The notes under the pieces: model-generated
What the model was told of the DNA's origin: nothing
Databases searched by the model: none
Seen by the model: the letters and a program-made list of their open reading frames with translations, nothing else
Source of the DNA: Caldisericota bacterium
GTDB lineage: Bacteria; Caldisericota; JANLFM01
DNA: 64,000 bases
Reading direction: 5' to 3'
Assembly: GCA_024655865.1 (NCBI GenBank)
Contig: JANLFM010000001.1
Coordinates: forward strand, 62,397-126,396
Shown: piece by piece, positions 39,157-46,534 of the stretch
How positions within the stretch are numbered: the stretch's first letter is position 1
Layout: the number at the start of each line of letters is the position of its first letter
Position numbers and translations under genes: made by a program

Positions 39157-40462
39157 AGAGAGTCTGCTCGACTCCCTGATCTCCATTTCTTTACTTCTGT
39201 TTCTCTTCCTTTACCCTCTGGTACTCCATCCCTTAGTTTATGCTTCAGCCCTGGGGCTCGTTTCTCGAGACTCCATAAAAACCCTGGATTTTTTCTACGA
39301 GCCCAGAGCCTGGTTCCTCTTCTGGTCTTGCTCTATCCTCTTAATTATCTGGAGTTTGCGTTTTTTCAAAATGGGAACCTGGGGGCACAGAGACCGGGGG
39401 ATGGACCTTTTTCTCCTCTTTCTGATCCTTACTGCCCTGGCTTCCACCCTCTTTTCCCTTGAGCCCTTAACTATCTTTGGGGCTGAGAGAAGAAGGGAGG
39501 GCTTTCTCACCCTCCTCTCCTACTTTTCCCTTTTCCTTCTGACGCAGGATTTTTTATCGGAGGGGAAATGGCGAAGGCTGGCCCTCTCCGTGATTCTGAC
39601 CTCGGGATTCCTGGTCGCCCTTTACAGCATCCTTCAGGCGGCCTCCATCGAAATTTTGCCCCGGGATTTCATCCGGGCAGACTGGGTGGGTTCCTTTTCC
39701 ACGATCGGGAACCCCATCTTTTTGGGCTCCTACCTCCTACTATTAATTCCCCTTCCCCTTTACTTTTTCCAGGATAGTTCCCGGTGGAAAAAGATGCTCC
39801 TTTTGTCCCTGAGCCTGTTTTTCACCGCAGCCCTGGTACTGACTGGATCCCGAGGGGCCTGGATTGGTCTTGCGGCCATGCTACTTTTTTTCTTATTCAC
39901 GGGGAAAAAACAAAAGCTCCTCCTTGCAGCTTTCTCGGTTCTGATGATTTTACTGGTTTGCCTGTTATTCACAGTTAACCTGAGAGGGATAAACCTCTGG
40001 GAACGTTTAAAAGCCTCCTTCAATTTCGACCCCCAAAATACCTTTATGAACAGGCTTTACATCTGGAGCAGAGCTCTTCCCTCCATCCTCAGATACCCTG
40101 TTTTCGGCTGGGGACCGGACTCCTTTGGGATCGCTTTTCCTCAGTTTTCATACCAGGAAAGCTTAATGCTCTTCAACAACGGCTATGCCTATGTGGACAA
40201 GGCGCATAATGACCTGATCCAGGTGGCAGTAACTTTAGGCATCGCGGGTCTTTTAGCCTATCTCGCTTTTCTGGTACGCCTTTTTTCCCTCATTTATCCC
40301 GGGCGACACTCTGACTCCCTGTCAATTTATACATTGCCCGCTCTTTTTGGGTATCTCGTTTCCCTGGAGCTCTCTTTTTCCGTAGTCTCGGTGGCTCCCC
40401 TTTTCTGGGCACTTGCAGGAATCTCCGTTGGAGGATTAAAGTACCATGCGCAGACGGCGTAA
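39140..40462 (+). CDS. O-antigen ligase-like (Wzy_C/RfaL-type) polytopic membrane protein
   Basis: About 440 aa with 10 to 12 TM helices, a TGSRGAW motif and a periplasmic-loop AHNDLIQV. ATG 39140 was chosen to limit overlap with DUF1292. Confidence 0.7.
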   Translation: MSSLNKESLLDSLISISLLLFLFLYPLVLHPLVYASALGLVSRDSIKTLDFFYEPRAWFLFWSCSILLIIWSLRFFKMGTWGHRDRGMDLFLLFLILTALASTLFSLEPLTIFGAERRREGFLTLLSYFSLFLLTQDFLSEGKWRRLALSVILTSGFLVALYSILQAASIEILPRDFIRADWVGSFSTIGNPIFLGSYLLLLIPLPLYFFQDSSRWKKMLLLSLSLFFTAALVLTGSRGAWIGLAAMLLFFLFTGKKQKLLLAAFSVLMILLVCLLFTVNLRGINLWERLKASFNFDPQNTFMNRLYIWSRALPSILRYPVFGWGPDSFGIAFPQFSYQESLMLFNNGYAYVDKAHNDLIQVAVTLGIAGLLAYLAFLVRLFSLIYPGRHSDSLSIYTLPALFGYLVSLELSFSVVSVAPLFWALAGISVGGLKYHAQTA

Positions 40463-41486
40463 GCTCAAGTTCACTTATTTTCTGGCTCCCATTTTTCTTT
40501 TGATCCTTTCCGCTTTGACCCTGATTTTATCGGGACCGCAAAATCTACCGCACAAGGAAGAGGTGGTCGTGTTCTCCTCGGATTTAAGCCCGGAGGAAAT
40601 GGCTAATATTCTCTACGAAAAAGGCCTCATCTGGAACAGGTTGCATTTTACTCAGGAAGCGAGGGCGCAACACCTGGCAGCCTTCTTTCAGGGTGGGGAA
40701 TACTTGCTCACAAGCGACATGGGAGTTCCGGAGATAGTGCGGAAGCTCAAAGAGCATGAGGTGTTGAAGTACAAATTCACTATACCTGAGGGCGCTACGA
40801 TCGAGGAAATTGCAGACATCTTTTCCCGTACTCCTTTGCGCTCGGTGGAAAATACGGTTTCTCCCACCCCTTTCATCGACAAGGAGAAATTCCTCAAGCT
40901 GGCTAAGGAGGGAAAGGATAATTTCGATTTTCCCTTTAAGAGCCAGGATCCTCTCCCTGGCTTAGAAGGATACCTCTTTCCCGACACTTACATTCTCCCC
41001 AGGATGAGCGAGGAGCAACTCATCACTACCATGCTGGAGAACCTCAATAATAAGATCGACACTGAACTTCTGGATCGCGCCCGTAAGATGGGATGGTCAT
41101 TTCACGAGGTGCTCACCCTGGCCTCGATGATCGAAAAGGAAGCCGGTGTAGAGGAGGAAAAACCGATCATTTCATCCGTTTTTTTCAATAGGCTAGCGAT
41201 AGGCATGAAGCTGGAGTGTGATCCCACTGTGGAGTACGCCCTGGGAAACCCGAAGCGTCCTTTAACCTATGAGGATTTAGAATTTGATTCCCCCTATAAT
41301 ACCTACCTTTACCCTGGTCTTCCTCCTGGCCCAATCTGCAACCCCGGGCTTTCCTCGATCAGGGCCGCCCTTTATCCCGCCCCTACGGAATATTATTATT
41401 TTGTAGCTAAAGGCGACGGCCAGCACCTTTTTGCGGAAACTTACCAGGAGCACTTGAATAACATTGCCAGCCTTAGAGGTGAATGA
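40446..41486 (+). CDS. mltG: endolytic murein transglycosylase MltG (YceG family)
   Basis: 346 aa with an N-terminal TM helix, ASMIEKEA catalytic-region motif, and [18 protein letters not shown]. Confidence 0.9.
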   Translation: MRRRRKLKFTYFLAPIFLLILSALTLILSGPQNLPHKEEVVVFSSDLSPEEMANILYEKGLIWNRLHFTQEARAQHLAAFFQGGEYLLTSDMGVPEIVRKLKEHEVLKYKFTIPEGATIEEIADIFSRTPLRSVENTVSPTPFIDKEKFLKLAKEGKDNFDFPFKSQDPLPGLEGYLFPDTYILPRMSEEQLITTMLENLNNKIDTELLDRARKMGWSFHEVLTLASMIEKEAGVEEEKPIISSVFFNRLAIGMKLECDPTVEYALGNPKRPLTYEDLEFDSPYNTYLYPGLPPGPICNPGLSSIRAALYPAPTEYYYFVAKGDGQHLFAETYQEHLNNIASLRGE

Positions 41487-42094
41487 TGAATAGACCAATT
41501 ATTATTGGGGTAGCTGGAGGATCAGGCTCGGGAAAAACCACCCTGGCCGATATGATCATTTCCCGCCTGAGCGACCGAAAAGTCTCTCTAATCGAGGAGG
41601 ATGCCTATTATAAAAGCTTTCCCAACCTCACCCTGGAGGAAAGGAAACGTTTGAATTACGACCATCCCGATGCCTTTGACCACGACCTTCTCTGTGAGCA
41701 CCTGGAGAAGCTTCTGCGCTCCGAGCCCATAGAGAAGCCAGTTTACTCCTTCATCACTTACGATCGCACCGGGGAGACGGTGAGAGTGGAGCCCGCGCCA
41801 GTCATCATCGTGGAAGGCATCCTGGTGCTGGCTGATTTCCGCTTAAGGAGCCTTCTGGATATAAAGCTCTTCGTGGATACCGATTCCGACGTTCGATTTA
41901 TCAGAAGGCTGATGCGCGACGTAAAAGAAAGGGGCAGGACCCTGGAATCCGTGGTCCAGCAATATTTAGAAGTGGTACGCCCTATGCACCTTCAGTTCGT
42001 GGAACCCACTAAACGTTATGCTGACTTGATTATCCCCGAAGGAGGACTCAACCAGGTGGCGGTGGATTTAATCGTCTCAAGGATAAAAGGATGA
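41483..42094 (+). CDS. udk: uridine kinase
   Basis: 203 aa with P-loop [21 protein letters not shown], and the [12 protein letters not shown] motif. Confidence 0.95.
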   Translation: MMNRPIIIGVAGGSGSGKTTLADMIISRLSDRKVSLIEEDAYYKSFPNLTLEERKRLNYDHPDAFDHDLLCEHLEKLLRSEPIEKPVYSFITYDRTGETVRVEPAPVIIVEGILVLADFRLRSLLDIKLFVDTDSDVRFIRRLMRDVKERGRTLESVVQQYLEVVRPMHLQFVEPTKRYADLIIPEGGLNQVAVDLIVSRIKG

Positions 42095-42330
42095 GGGTCC
42101 CCCAGGAAATCCGAATCCTCCTAAAAGTTCCCAGGGAAAAGGAGAGCTTCGTGCAGTCAATTCTCGAAAGCTACGAGGGCCTGGCCATGATCCTGAATAC
42201 TAAAAAAGCAGGAGGAGAAATAGAGATGCTCATATCCTCAAATGATTCTCAGAAAGCGGAGCTCTTTGAGGTACTAAGCGATCTCTCCCGGGAAATACCC
42301 CTTATTTTTCAAGAGGAGGAGATACTGTAG
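42091..42330 (+). CDS. DUF4911 domain protein
   Basis: 79 aa with the [14 protein letters not shown] motif; ATGA overlap with udk. Confidence 0.65.
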   Translation: MRVPQEIRILLKVPREKESFVQSILESYEGLAMILNTKKAGGEIEMLISSNDSQKAELFEVLSDLSREIPLIFQEEEIL

Positions 42331-42332
42331 CA

Positions 42333-42827
42333 ATTTTCTTTCCCAAAATTTACCTGGAAAAAATTGAGGATCTCGAGCCCGGTTTCCTTATAGAAAGGGG
42401 CATTCAGGGAATTATTATCGATTTGGACAATACTATTGCCCCTCGAAGAGAAGGGGGAGTGCAAGAGAGCATCAGAGAATGGATTCAGAGAATGAAAGCC
42501 GGGGAATTAAAGCTGGTGTTGATTTCCAATAGCCCGGCCAGCAGAACCCGCAAATTCGCACAGGATCTTGATCTGGAGTTCATCGCTAGCGCCTTTAAAC
42601 CCTTCCCTATGGCTTTTATTCGGGCTTCCAAAAAATTGAACATCCCTTTAAAAGCCCTGGCTGTAGTGGGAGACCAGATTTTCACCGATGTCCTTGGAGG
42701 AAATATCTGTGGGGCATTTACTGTTCTTGTTTCCCCGCTTTCCCGAAAAACTGATTTTTTCACGACCAAATTTGTGAGAGTTTTAGAAAGGTTCATCTTG
42801 AAGAAGTTTGAAAAGAAAAAAGAATAG
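42333..42827 (+). CDS. yqeG: YqeG-family HAD-IIIA phosphatase; start codon unresolved (no canonical start upstream of the catalytic DLDNT)
   Basis: The frame is open from 42279 and reads ..[38 protein letters not shown].., with VGDQIFTD further on. The only ATG/GTG/TTG is TTG 42423, inside DLDNT. Candidate starts are ATT 42333 or CTG 42354. Confidence 0.6.
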   Translation: MFFPKIYLEKIEDLEPGFLIERGIQGIIIDLDNTIAPRREGGVQESIREWIQRMKAGELKLVLISNSPASRTRKFAQDLDLEFIASAFKPFPMAFIRASKKLNIPLKALAVVGDQIFTDVLGGNICGAFTVLVSPLSRKTDFFTTKFVRVLERFILKKFEKKKE

Positions 42828-42834
42828 CGAACAA

Positions 42835-42878
42835 ATATCCACATTTTTATCCACATTATCCACAGCCAGATATTCACA
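42835..42878 (+). promoter_or_regulatory. cluster of four head-to-tail DnaA boxes
   Basis: ATATCCACA (42835-42843), TTATCCACA (42847-42855), TTATCCACA (42856-42864) and ATATTCACA (42870-42878), compared with consensus TTATCCACA. Confidence 0.7.
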
Positions 42879-42891
42879 GTTTTTACTCCGG

Positions 42892-42921
42892 TTGACATTC
42901 ACCCTCCCTGCCACGTAAAAA
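42892..42921 (+). promoter_or_regulatory. sigma70-type promoter of the resA-like/ccdA operon (predicts a leaderless transcript)
   Basis: TTGACA (42892-42897), 18-nt spacer, TAAAAA (42916-42921). ATG 42928 lies 7 nt after the -10 with no SD. Confidence 0.45.
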
Positions 42922-42927
42922 TTAATC

Positions 42928-43500
42928 ATGAAAGAGAAAATGCTGAAAAAACTTCTGATAGTCCTCACAGGGTTATTATTCGTGGGCCTCTTTGTGAGCG
43001 CATGTTCCCCGAGTGCCTCTGAGCTTAAGGAATCGAAGCCCGCTTATCTAGAACAGCCTTCCGAAACCCCGCCACCTGCTCCCACAGAAAAACCCACGGC
43101 AAGCAAGGCTCCTGACTTTGAAGCCATCACTATGACCGGGGAAAAACTTTCCCTGAGCTCCTTTAGAGGAAAAATCGTTATCCTCAATTTCTGGGCTACC
43201 TGGTGTCCTCCCTGTAGGGATGAGATCCCTGAGTTAAATAGCTTTTATGAGGAGTACAAGAACAGGGTTGTCTTCCTGGGAATTGAGATTATGGAATCCC
43301 GAGAGGAAGTAGAGCAATTTCTCCAGGAGCAAAGCATCCTGTACCCGATAATCCTTGACTCGGAACAGAAAACTTCCATATCCAATCTTTATCGAATCTC
43401 CCTCGTCCCTACGACATACGTCATCGATGAACAGGGGGCAATCATAACCGTAATCATGGGGAGCACAACTTTTGAGTCCCTCTCCTCCTATCTGCCCTGA
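42928..43500 (+). CDS. TlpA/ResA-like thiol-disulfide oxidoreductase lipoprotein
   Basis: 190 aa with lipobox LFVSAC and thioredoxin motif FWATWCPPCRDE. Confidence 0.85.
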   Translation: MKEKMLKKLLIVLTGLLFVGLFVSACSPSASELKESKPAYLEQPSETPPPAPTEKPTASKAPDFEAITMTGEKLSLSSFRGKIVILNFWATWCPPCRDEIPELNSFYEEYKNRVVFLGIEIMESREEVEQFLQEQSILYPIILDSEQKTSISNLYRISLVPTTYVIDEQGAIITVIMGSTTFESLSSYLP

Positions 43501-44189
43501 TGAACGAGGTCAGTTTTCTTGTGGCCTTTGGGGCCGGGGTACTATCCTTTTTCAGCCCATGCATTGTGCCTCTTTTGCCCGTCTACCTGGCGTTTCTCGG
43601 CGGAGCAGCCACGAAGGAAGTTAAGAGTCCACATAAAGGGCGGTTGTACCTGGGAGTTTTGCTCTTTGTTCTAAGCCTTTCCTCCCTCCTCTTTATCCAG
43701 GGTTTTCTGGCAGGCTCCCTGGGATACTTTCTTTTCCAGTATAAGCGGCAGCTGGAGATAGCCTTCGGGATTATCATCTTTCTTTTCGGGTTCTTCATGA
43801 CCGGCCTGGTACGGGTTCCCTGGCTTTATAAGGAGAAGGGGTTTTACCTGAAGGGTAAGATCGCAGGGGTCTCGCCTCTGCTTTCAGGAGTTATTCTGGG
43901 ATTCGCCTTCTCCCTCACCTGGACTCCCTGTTCGGGACCAGTTCTGGCATCGATTCTCGCGCTGGCTGCCTCCTCGGGTGCTCCTATCCGTGGCGGTTTG
44001 CTTCTTTTCGTCTATTCCTTAGGTTTCTCCCTGCCTTTTATCATAATAGCCCTTTTCTTCACAGGGCTGGCGAAACTTCTTGCACAAAAAATGAAACTTA
44101 TTCGCACTCTCCAGATTATCTCGGCAGTACTTTTTATGGCTTTGGGTATCCTCTTAGCTCTGGGGATTTTCTCGCGAATTTTCTTTTAA
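43500..44189 (+). CDS. ccdA: cytochrome c biogenesis protein CcdA (DsbD transmembrane-domain family)
   Basis: 229 aa with 6 TM helices and conserved Cys in FFSPCIVPLLP and WTPCSGPVL. Confidence 0.85.
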   Translation: MNEVSFLVAFGAGVLSFFSPCIVPLLPVYLAFLGGAATKEVKSPHKGRLYLGVLLFVLSLSSLLFIQGFLAGSLGYFLFQYKRQLEIAFGIIIFLFGFFMTGLVRVPWLYKEKGFYLKGKIAGVSPLLSGVILGFAFSLTWTPCSGPVLASILALAASSGAPIRGGLLLFVYSLGFSLPFIIIALFFTGLAKLLAQKMKLIRTLQIISAVLFMALGILLALGIFSRIFF

Positions 44190-44291
44190 GAGGGTTTTTT
44201 ATCAGGGAAACCCGCAATTAGCGTTGTTGTTTCTGACCATTTTATGTAAAATTCATCAGGGTAAGAAAACAACATTCGGAGGTGTCAAAAA

Positions 44292-45488
44292 GTGGATATC
44301 AACACGCTTTTTTTGTTGTTTGGGGGCATCCTTGCCCTGATTGCCGCGTTTGGCCTATTTATGAAGCAGGCAGGAACGGTGCGCCGAAAAAACACCATCA
44401 CCGCTTTTTCCCTTTTTCCGCTCTCCTGGGTATTCGCAGTTCTTGGCTATTTCCTTATAGGCTTTACGATCTCTTACGGCTACCATTTCTTCTCTTCCGG
44501 AGAAGCTCTGAATGCCAATCAAGGCTACCAGGCCTTGAGGTTTTTCTTCCTTTCCTCCTTAGCCTGCCTGATTCCAGCAATCATTAGCGGATCGCTTGCC
44601 GAGAGGGCAACCCTCAAAGGCCAGATTATTGCCAGCACGATCCTTGTGGCCCTTATTTATCCGTTATTAGAGGGAACAGTTTGGGGAAACCTGGTATGGC
44701 TCAACGGTCGAACCGGACTTTTGAAAGAATGGTTTAACCTCCCAGCCTTTCACGATCTGGGAGGAGCAGTTATTCTCAATCTGTTTGCGGGCTTCGCAGC
44801 TTTAGGAGGAGTGCTCGTTTTGGGCCCTAGACTGGAGCGCTATATAAAAGGGAAGGTGCAGGAAAGTGCCGCTTCCTCCCCGGTGCTTGCAGCCATAGGA
44901 AACTGGATTGCCGCTCTTTGCCTGATCGGGATAGTATTCGCCAGATTCTCCGGGGACATGAACAAGGCTACAGCTCTCGCTCCCATGAACGTCCTTTTGG
45001 GAATTGCGGGAGGGGCGATCGCCCAATTTGTACTCTTAAAAGAGGAATGGCACATTCGCCAGGGTTCGGTGCTTGCAGGAGCGATTTCCGTTCTCGCTGG
45101 TGCTGACGTCTTCCATCCGCTTTTCGCCCTTGCTAGTGGCTTTATCGGGGGCGTTCTTTTCCTTTTTGCTAATCGCTGGACGGTGCACAATTTAAAGCTC
45201 GACGACACCTGCGGAGCCTGGCCCTTACACGGATTAGTGGGAGCTTGGGGAGGAATTGCTGCAGGGATCGGCGGGTACTCGTTCCTGGGCGGCTTGGGCG
45301 GGGTGAATGTCCTCTCCCAATTAATCGGGACACTGGTCGCTGCAATACTGGGCTTAGGCTTCGGCTTGATAGTCTTCCTTCTTTTAAACCTGGCTGCAGG
45401 GCTAAGGACCAAGCAGGAAACTGAGAGGCTGGGGATGGACATCGCCCTATTTAAAATCGCCCTTCCCGAGGAAGTGAAGAAAAAATAG
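44292..45488 (+). CDS. amt: ammonium transporter (Amt family)
   Basis: 398 aa with a GTG start after GGAGGTG. AFHDLGGAVILNLFAGFAALGGVLVLGPR and DDTCGAWPLHGLVGAWGGIAAG motifs. Confidence 0.9.
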   Translation: MDINTLFLLFGGILALIAAFGLFMKQAGTVRRKNTITAFSLFPLSWVFAVLGYFLIGFTISYGYHFFSSGEALNANQGYQALRFFFLSSLACLIPAIISGSLAERATLKGQIIASTILVALIYPLLEGTVWGNLVWLNGRTGLLKEWFNLPAFHDLGGAVILNLFAGFAALGGVLVLGPRLERYIKGKVQESAASSPVLAAIGNWIAALCLIGIVFARFSGDMNKATALAPMNVLLGIAGGAIAQFVLLKEEWHIRQGSVLAGAISVLAGADVFHPLFALASGFIGGVLFLFANRWTVHNLKLDDTCGAWPLHGLVGAWGGIAAGIGGYSFLGGLGGVNVLSQLIGTLVAAILGLGFGLIVFLLLNLAAGLRTKQETERLGMDIALFKIALPEEVKKK

Positions 45489-45501
45489 GCTGCTTTAAGC
45501 C

Positions 45502-45734
45502 TTAAATCTCTGGTTCAGTTTTCTTCAAAAAGGCAAAAATTTCCTCAAGCGAGGGGAGCTGGGAAATTCAGGGAACTGGATCCACTGATAGCCCCAGAGG
45601 AATCACGTTCTGTTCCTGAAAGCGCTCATAATTTTCTTCCAGGGAGAGCATCTGCTCTGGGCATAACCCTGTCCAGGCCAGAGGATGAAATGAGAGGAGA
45701 AAAACTTCCGGCTATCCTGAATTTGTTCAAGGTG
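45502..45734 (-). pseudogene. remnant of an AhpC/TSA (AhpE/Bcp-like) peroxiredoxin
   Basis: The minus strand reads ..QIQDSRKFF, frameshift at the A5 run 45700-45704 (plus strand), then LLSFHPLAWTGLCPEQMLSLEENYERFQEQNVIPLGLSVDPVP, then TGA (45568-45570). Only ~75 codons remain. The N-terminal part is lost under the neighbouring gene and the C-terminal half is absent. Confidence 0.7.
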
Positions 45735-46272
45735 TTAGAGCTGCAATCGCTTTTTCACACTCCGCAAGCTGACTCCAGAACAGAGAGGCCTTTTCTTCAC
45801 TGGCGGTGTCCTTGGACCAATCCCTGAATTTCTCGGAAAGCTTCACGAGAGGTTCGTTCAGGTCCTTCAGTCTATCCGCCAGGTCCTTCAGCGCCTGATC
45901 AGCGGAGCCACCTTTAAGGAGGCCGTTTTTCAATTCCAGCTCCACCTGGTTCAAGAAGATGCCTAAGTTTTGCCATTTCTCGCTTAACCGGGGGTTATTC
46001 TTCTGATAGGCCGCATAAACGGGAAGAGTGATACCGTATGCCCGGGAAACGGCCATCTTAAGGATTAAGTAGTTTTCCAGGGAGGGAGAGGTCTGAAAAA
46101 TCTCCAGGTTTTTGACGATCAAGTCGAGTTGGGTGGCCATAGTTCCCATTATCCCCTCCTGGTAGAGAGGCTTTGGGGCAAGGAGATTATAAAGATAAAG
46201 GCCCGCAAAAACCAAAGCTACAACTACTGCAAATATTAGTGCGTCCTCGAGAAATTTTCCTTTTTTAGCCAT
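45727..46272 (-). CDS. hypothetical N-terminally anchored protein
   Basis: ATG 46272 follows GGAAGGAAGGTG. One TM helix then a helical domain. No motif recognised. Confidence 0.55.
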   Translation of the reverse strand: MAKKGKFLEDALIFAVVVALVFAGLYLYNLLAPKPLYQEGIMGTMATQLDLIVKNLEIFQTSPSLENYLILKMAVSRAYGITLPVYAAYQKNNPRLSEKWQNLGIFLNQVELELKNGLLKGGSADQALKDLADRLKDLNEPLVKLSEKFRDWSKDTASEEKASLFWSQLAECEKAIAALTP

Positions 46273-46360
46273 AGTTGGCACCTTCCTTCCTTTCAAACTG
46301 ACGTTCAATTTATCATCCCAGCAATTTAGTTAAATCCTCTTCCCTAATGTATAATAACAT

Positions 46361-46521
46361 TGGCCGTGCTAGACGGGGAGAGCGGAGCCCTGTGAACCCC
46401 GCCAGGTCCGGGAGGAAGCAACGGTAAGCAGATCGCTCCGGGTGCCGCAGGGAAGCCTTGCCGGAGCTGGCTGAAGGGATTCCGCTCGGAAGAGGGTCAT
46501 CAAAGGTGGGTGCACGGTCCA
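46361..46521 (+). ncRNA. ffs: signal recognition particle RNA (compact, ~160 nt)
   Basis: Domain IV motif CCAGGTCCGGGAGGAAGCAACGGTAAGCAGA (46402-46432) matches the GGUCCGGAAGGAAGCAGC core. The 5' GGCCGTGCTAGACGGGGAG and 3' GGTGCACGGTCC ends resemble the B. subtilis scRNA termini and pair with each other. TATAAT at 46350-46355. Located directly upstream of dnaX as in Bacillus. Confidence 0.85.
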
Positions 46522-46534
46522 AATTGGAGATGAG

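Noticed and set aside
42835-42878. DnaA-box cluster as the chromosomal origin (oriC)
   Set aside because: The spacer is only 100 bp and has no AT-rich unwinding element or 13-mer-like repeats. No dnaA/dnaN/rpmH is nearby, and all boxes face one way next to a promoter. It is more consistent with a regulatory or titration cluster.
46313-46522. 69-aa minus-strand ORF in the track
   Set aside because: It lies exactly over the SRP RNA, which has the conserved domain IV motif, paired ends and a promoter. The ORF has no SD and is Arg/Pro/Ser-rich shadow sequence.
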